DNA of 64,000 nt from Raillietiella orientalis (lineage: Eukaryota). Each line of letters begins with the position of its first letter. Positions within the stretch are counted from its first letter, which is position 1. This document shows, one piece after another, positions 62,187-64,000 of this stretch. The notes under the pieces are model-generated. The model did not search any database and was not told the DNA's origin. It was given only the letters and a program-made list of their open reading frames with translations. The stretch spans positions 3,348,001 to 3,412,000 of the forward strand of contig JAYWIR010000012.1 in NCBI GenBank assembly GCA_036172245.1. The letters are read 5' to 3'. The translations under genes were made by a program, and so were the position numbers.

Positions 62187-63758
62187 TTATTTAATATGAG
62201 AAACTAAAACTGTTTTCACTGGTGAAGCACTTGCTTTAAGTCCATTAGGTAAGGGTGAATCATTGTTTATTGTGGGAGGAGAAATGGGTGAAGATTCTGT
62301 CACCCCACAAGAATTCGATTCAACAAGGAAGTCATCGGCATCATGTGATAAAATGCCATGTTCCAAATCATATTCTTGAAGAACAGTATCTAGATCGAAT
62401 CGGCGTCGATAGTTAACAAAGAAGTTGCGCACATGCATTTCAGTCTTTGTTCCTATCACCTGAGCTATAGATTTGAAATCCTTGCCAAATGTTCGCATGC
62501 CTGGAGGAATACATTATAATCTGTACACAATTTTCAAAGACACTGGCCCACCTTGTACAGCCATCAACATTTCATCATGGGTCCAACGTGTGGCTATTCT
62601 TGATGATGCTTCCAATGGACGATAAGCATCAATTCCAACAGAAACCTGAGCACGCAGAGTACTTAGCAATTGTTTATTGCTCTGGACCTGTTAAACCTCG
62701 TAGGCTGCACACGTTATGCAAACTCCTACCTGTCTCTTCAAATTGACTATTTCATCATCTAAATGCTTGAGTATAGCAGTGCTTTGACCAGCTGGGCCAC
62801 TAGCTATAGAAATGAGGTCATCATGGTTTATGAACATGCCCTTAGGCGGTTTTCGAAATTTGCGCCTCTCTCTGCAATCTCGAGTACGAATTGCACCAAA
62901 AGTAGGCCTTGCATGTCCTGTTTTTCTGAAGATGCACCATGGTATCCCTATGCAAAATCTGAAACACTTACTTCCAGTAATGATGGCAAGTACTGCATAA
63001 TAACCCCCGGGACGAATTTGTGAGTTGAGAACAGCTAACTCCACAGTTCTGGCAATCACTGGGGCATTCGCCCTCCTTCTGAAAACAAAAACAATGAAAT
63101 TTACTACCAATGCAGACTACAACAGAGTTAGTAACCAAGAAATGCAATTAGTAGACTGTAGAACTGATGCTATAGCTGAAATATTACCTCATTTTTAGAG
63201 GAGTTAGAGAGTGCACCATTGATCTGCCAACACATCCGGATTGGAAAAAGCCACTTCTTCAAAGAGGCAATTGTACTGTCCCACCCTCAAGTTTAACTAA
63301 AACCCCCACCACCTACCCCTTCATGTTTTTCATCACTGTCCGAACCACTGGCAGATCCTCTTTCTGGGCTCAACTCTTCTCCTTCTTCCCTTTGAGCTAA
63401 TAAGTGGCGAGCCTGCCTGTCAATCAAGGAGGCCCGGGAACGAGTCTTTTTCCAGCTGTAATAGTATTTCACAAGACTGGCAATGGATTTATCAGGCAGC
63501 TAGGAGCCTTCACATTACAAATACTATTGACTATGCAACTAACCATCTGCCTGATGCGATGAAAACTTTTGCCATGAAACTGAAATGCTTGCTCAAATAA
63601 CACTTTTTCTTCTACATTCCACTCATCTGGGAAGGGTGTGAAATTGGATAAATCAAGAATTGCTTTTTCAAGATCATGCTTGTGCCAGAATAGCATTCCT
63701 AAAGATTGCTCGGCATTGTAGCCATATTTTTCTTTTGCTAATGCCACATATTCATCCA
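62187..63758 (-). CDS. CoREST: REST corepressor (CoREST/RCOR), 3' part; upstream exons lie beyond the resolved region
   Basis: Exon 63758-63544 ([42 protein letters not shown]), [20 protein letters not shown], a C4 finger exon 63078-62972, KPPKGMFI (62925-62730), [12 protein letters not shown] (62687-62552) and SANT2 [25 protein letters not shown] (62500-62187). Confidence 0.96.
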
Positions 63759-64000
63759 CTGAAAACATGATGTATAAAGTGCAAGCTTATGTTCAGTTTT
63801 ATCACATTACATATAAGCTGATTTTTTTCGAAATTAATTTCCAAATTAATTAATTCAGTCAAAATCTTGATACAGTTGGCGGACTTTTGTTGCATTTATA
63901 CAAACAATCGTATTTCATAATAGTTACACATCATGCAAGTTTTACATAACATGCAAGACATAGTACAAAAATTTCGAAATCTTACTTTTGGAATCAGAAA

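Overview
Eukaryotic nuclear DNA from an invertebrate. A mitochondrial insertion with cox1-trnL(UUR)-cox2 order points to a pancrustacean. The window alternates between GC-rich, repeat-laden blocks (about 1-7 kb, 18-43 kb, 52.5-58.3 kb) and AT-rich blocks holding compact genes with very short introns. Spliced genes rebuilt by hand: RIC-3 (+), a divergent 9-exon DEG/ENaC channel (+, 503 aa, one probable GC-AG intron), an alpha carbonic anhydrase (+, 25-nt first coding exon about 7.5 kb upstream), EXOSC7/RRP42 (-), the 3' part of CoREST (-) and an orphan spliced gene (-). Repeats: several decayed L1/Tx1-type LINE pieces that share a 3' stem-loop, seven copies of a tRNA-headed SINE-like family whose body is an array of about 43-nt twin-hairpin units, two 3'-truncated U2 snRNA retrocopies, a chimeric NUMT and faint hAT-like fossils. 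The hairpin-array element is the best candidate for something undescribed. Most ORF-track entries in the GC-rich blocks look like noise. All calls come from reading and hand translation; no database search was run.
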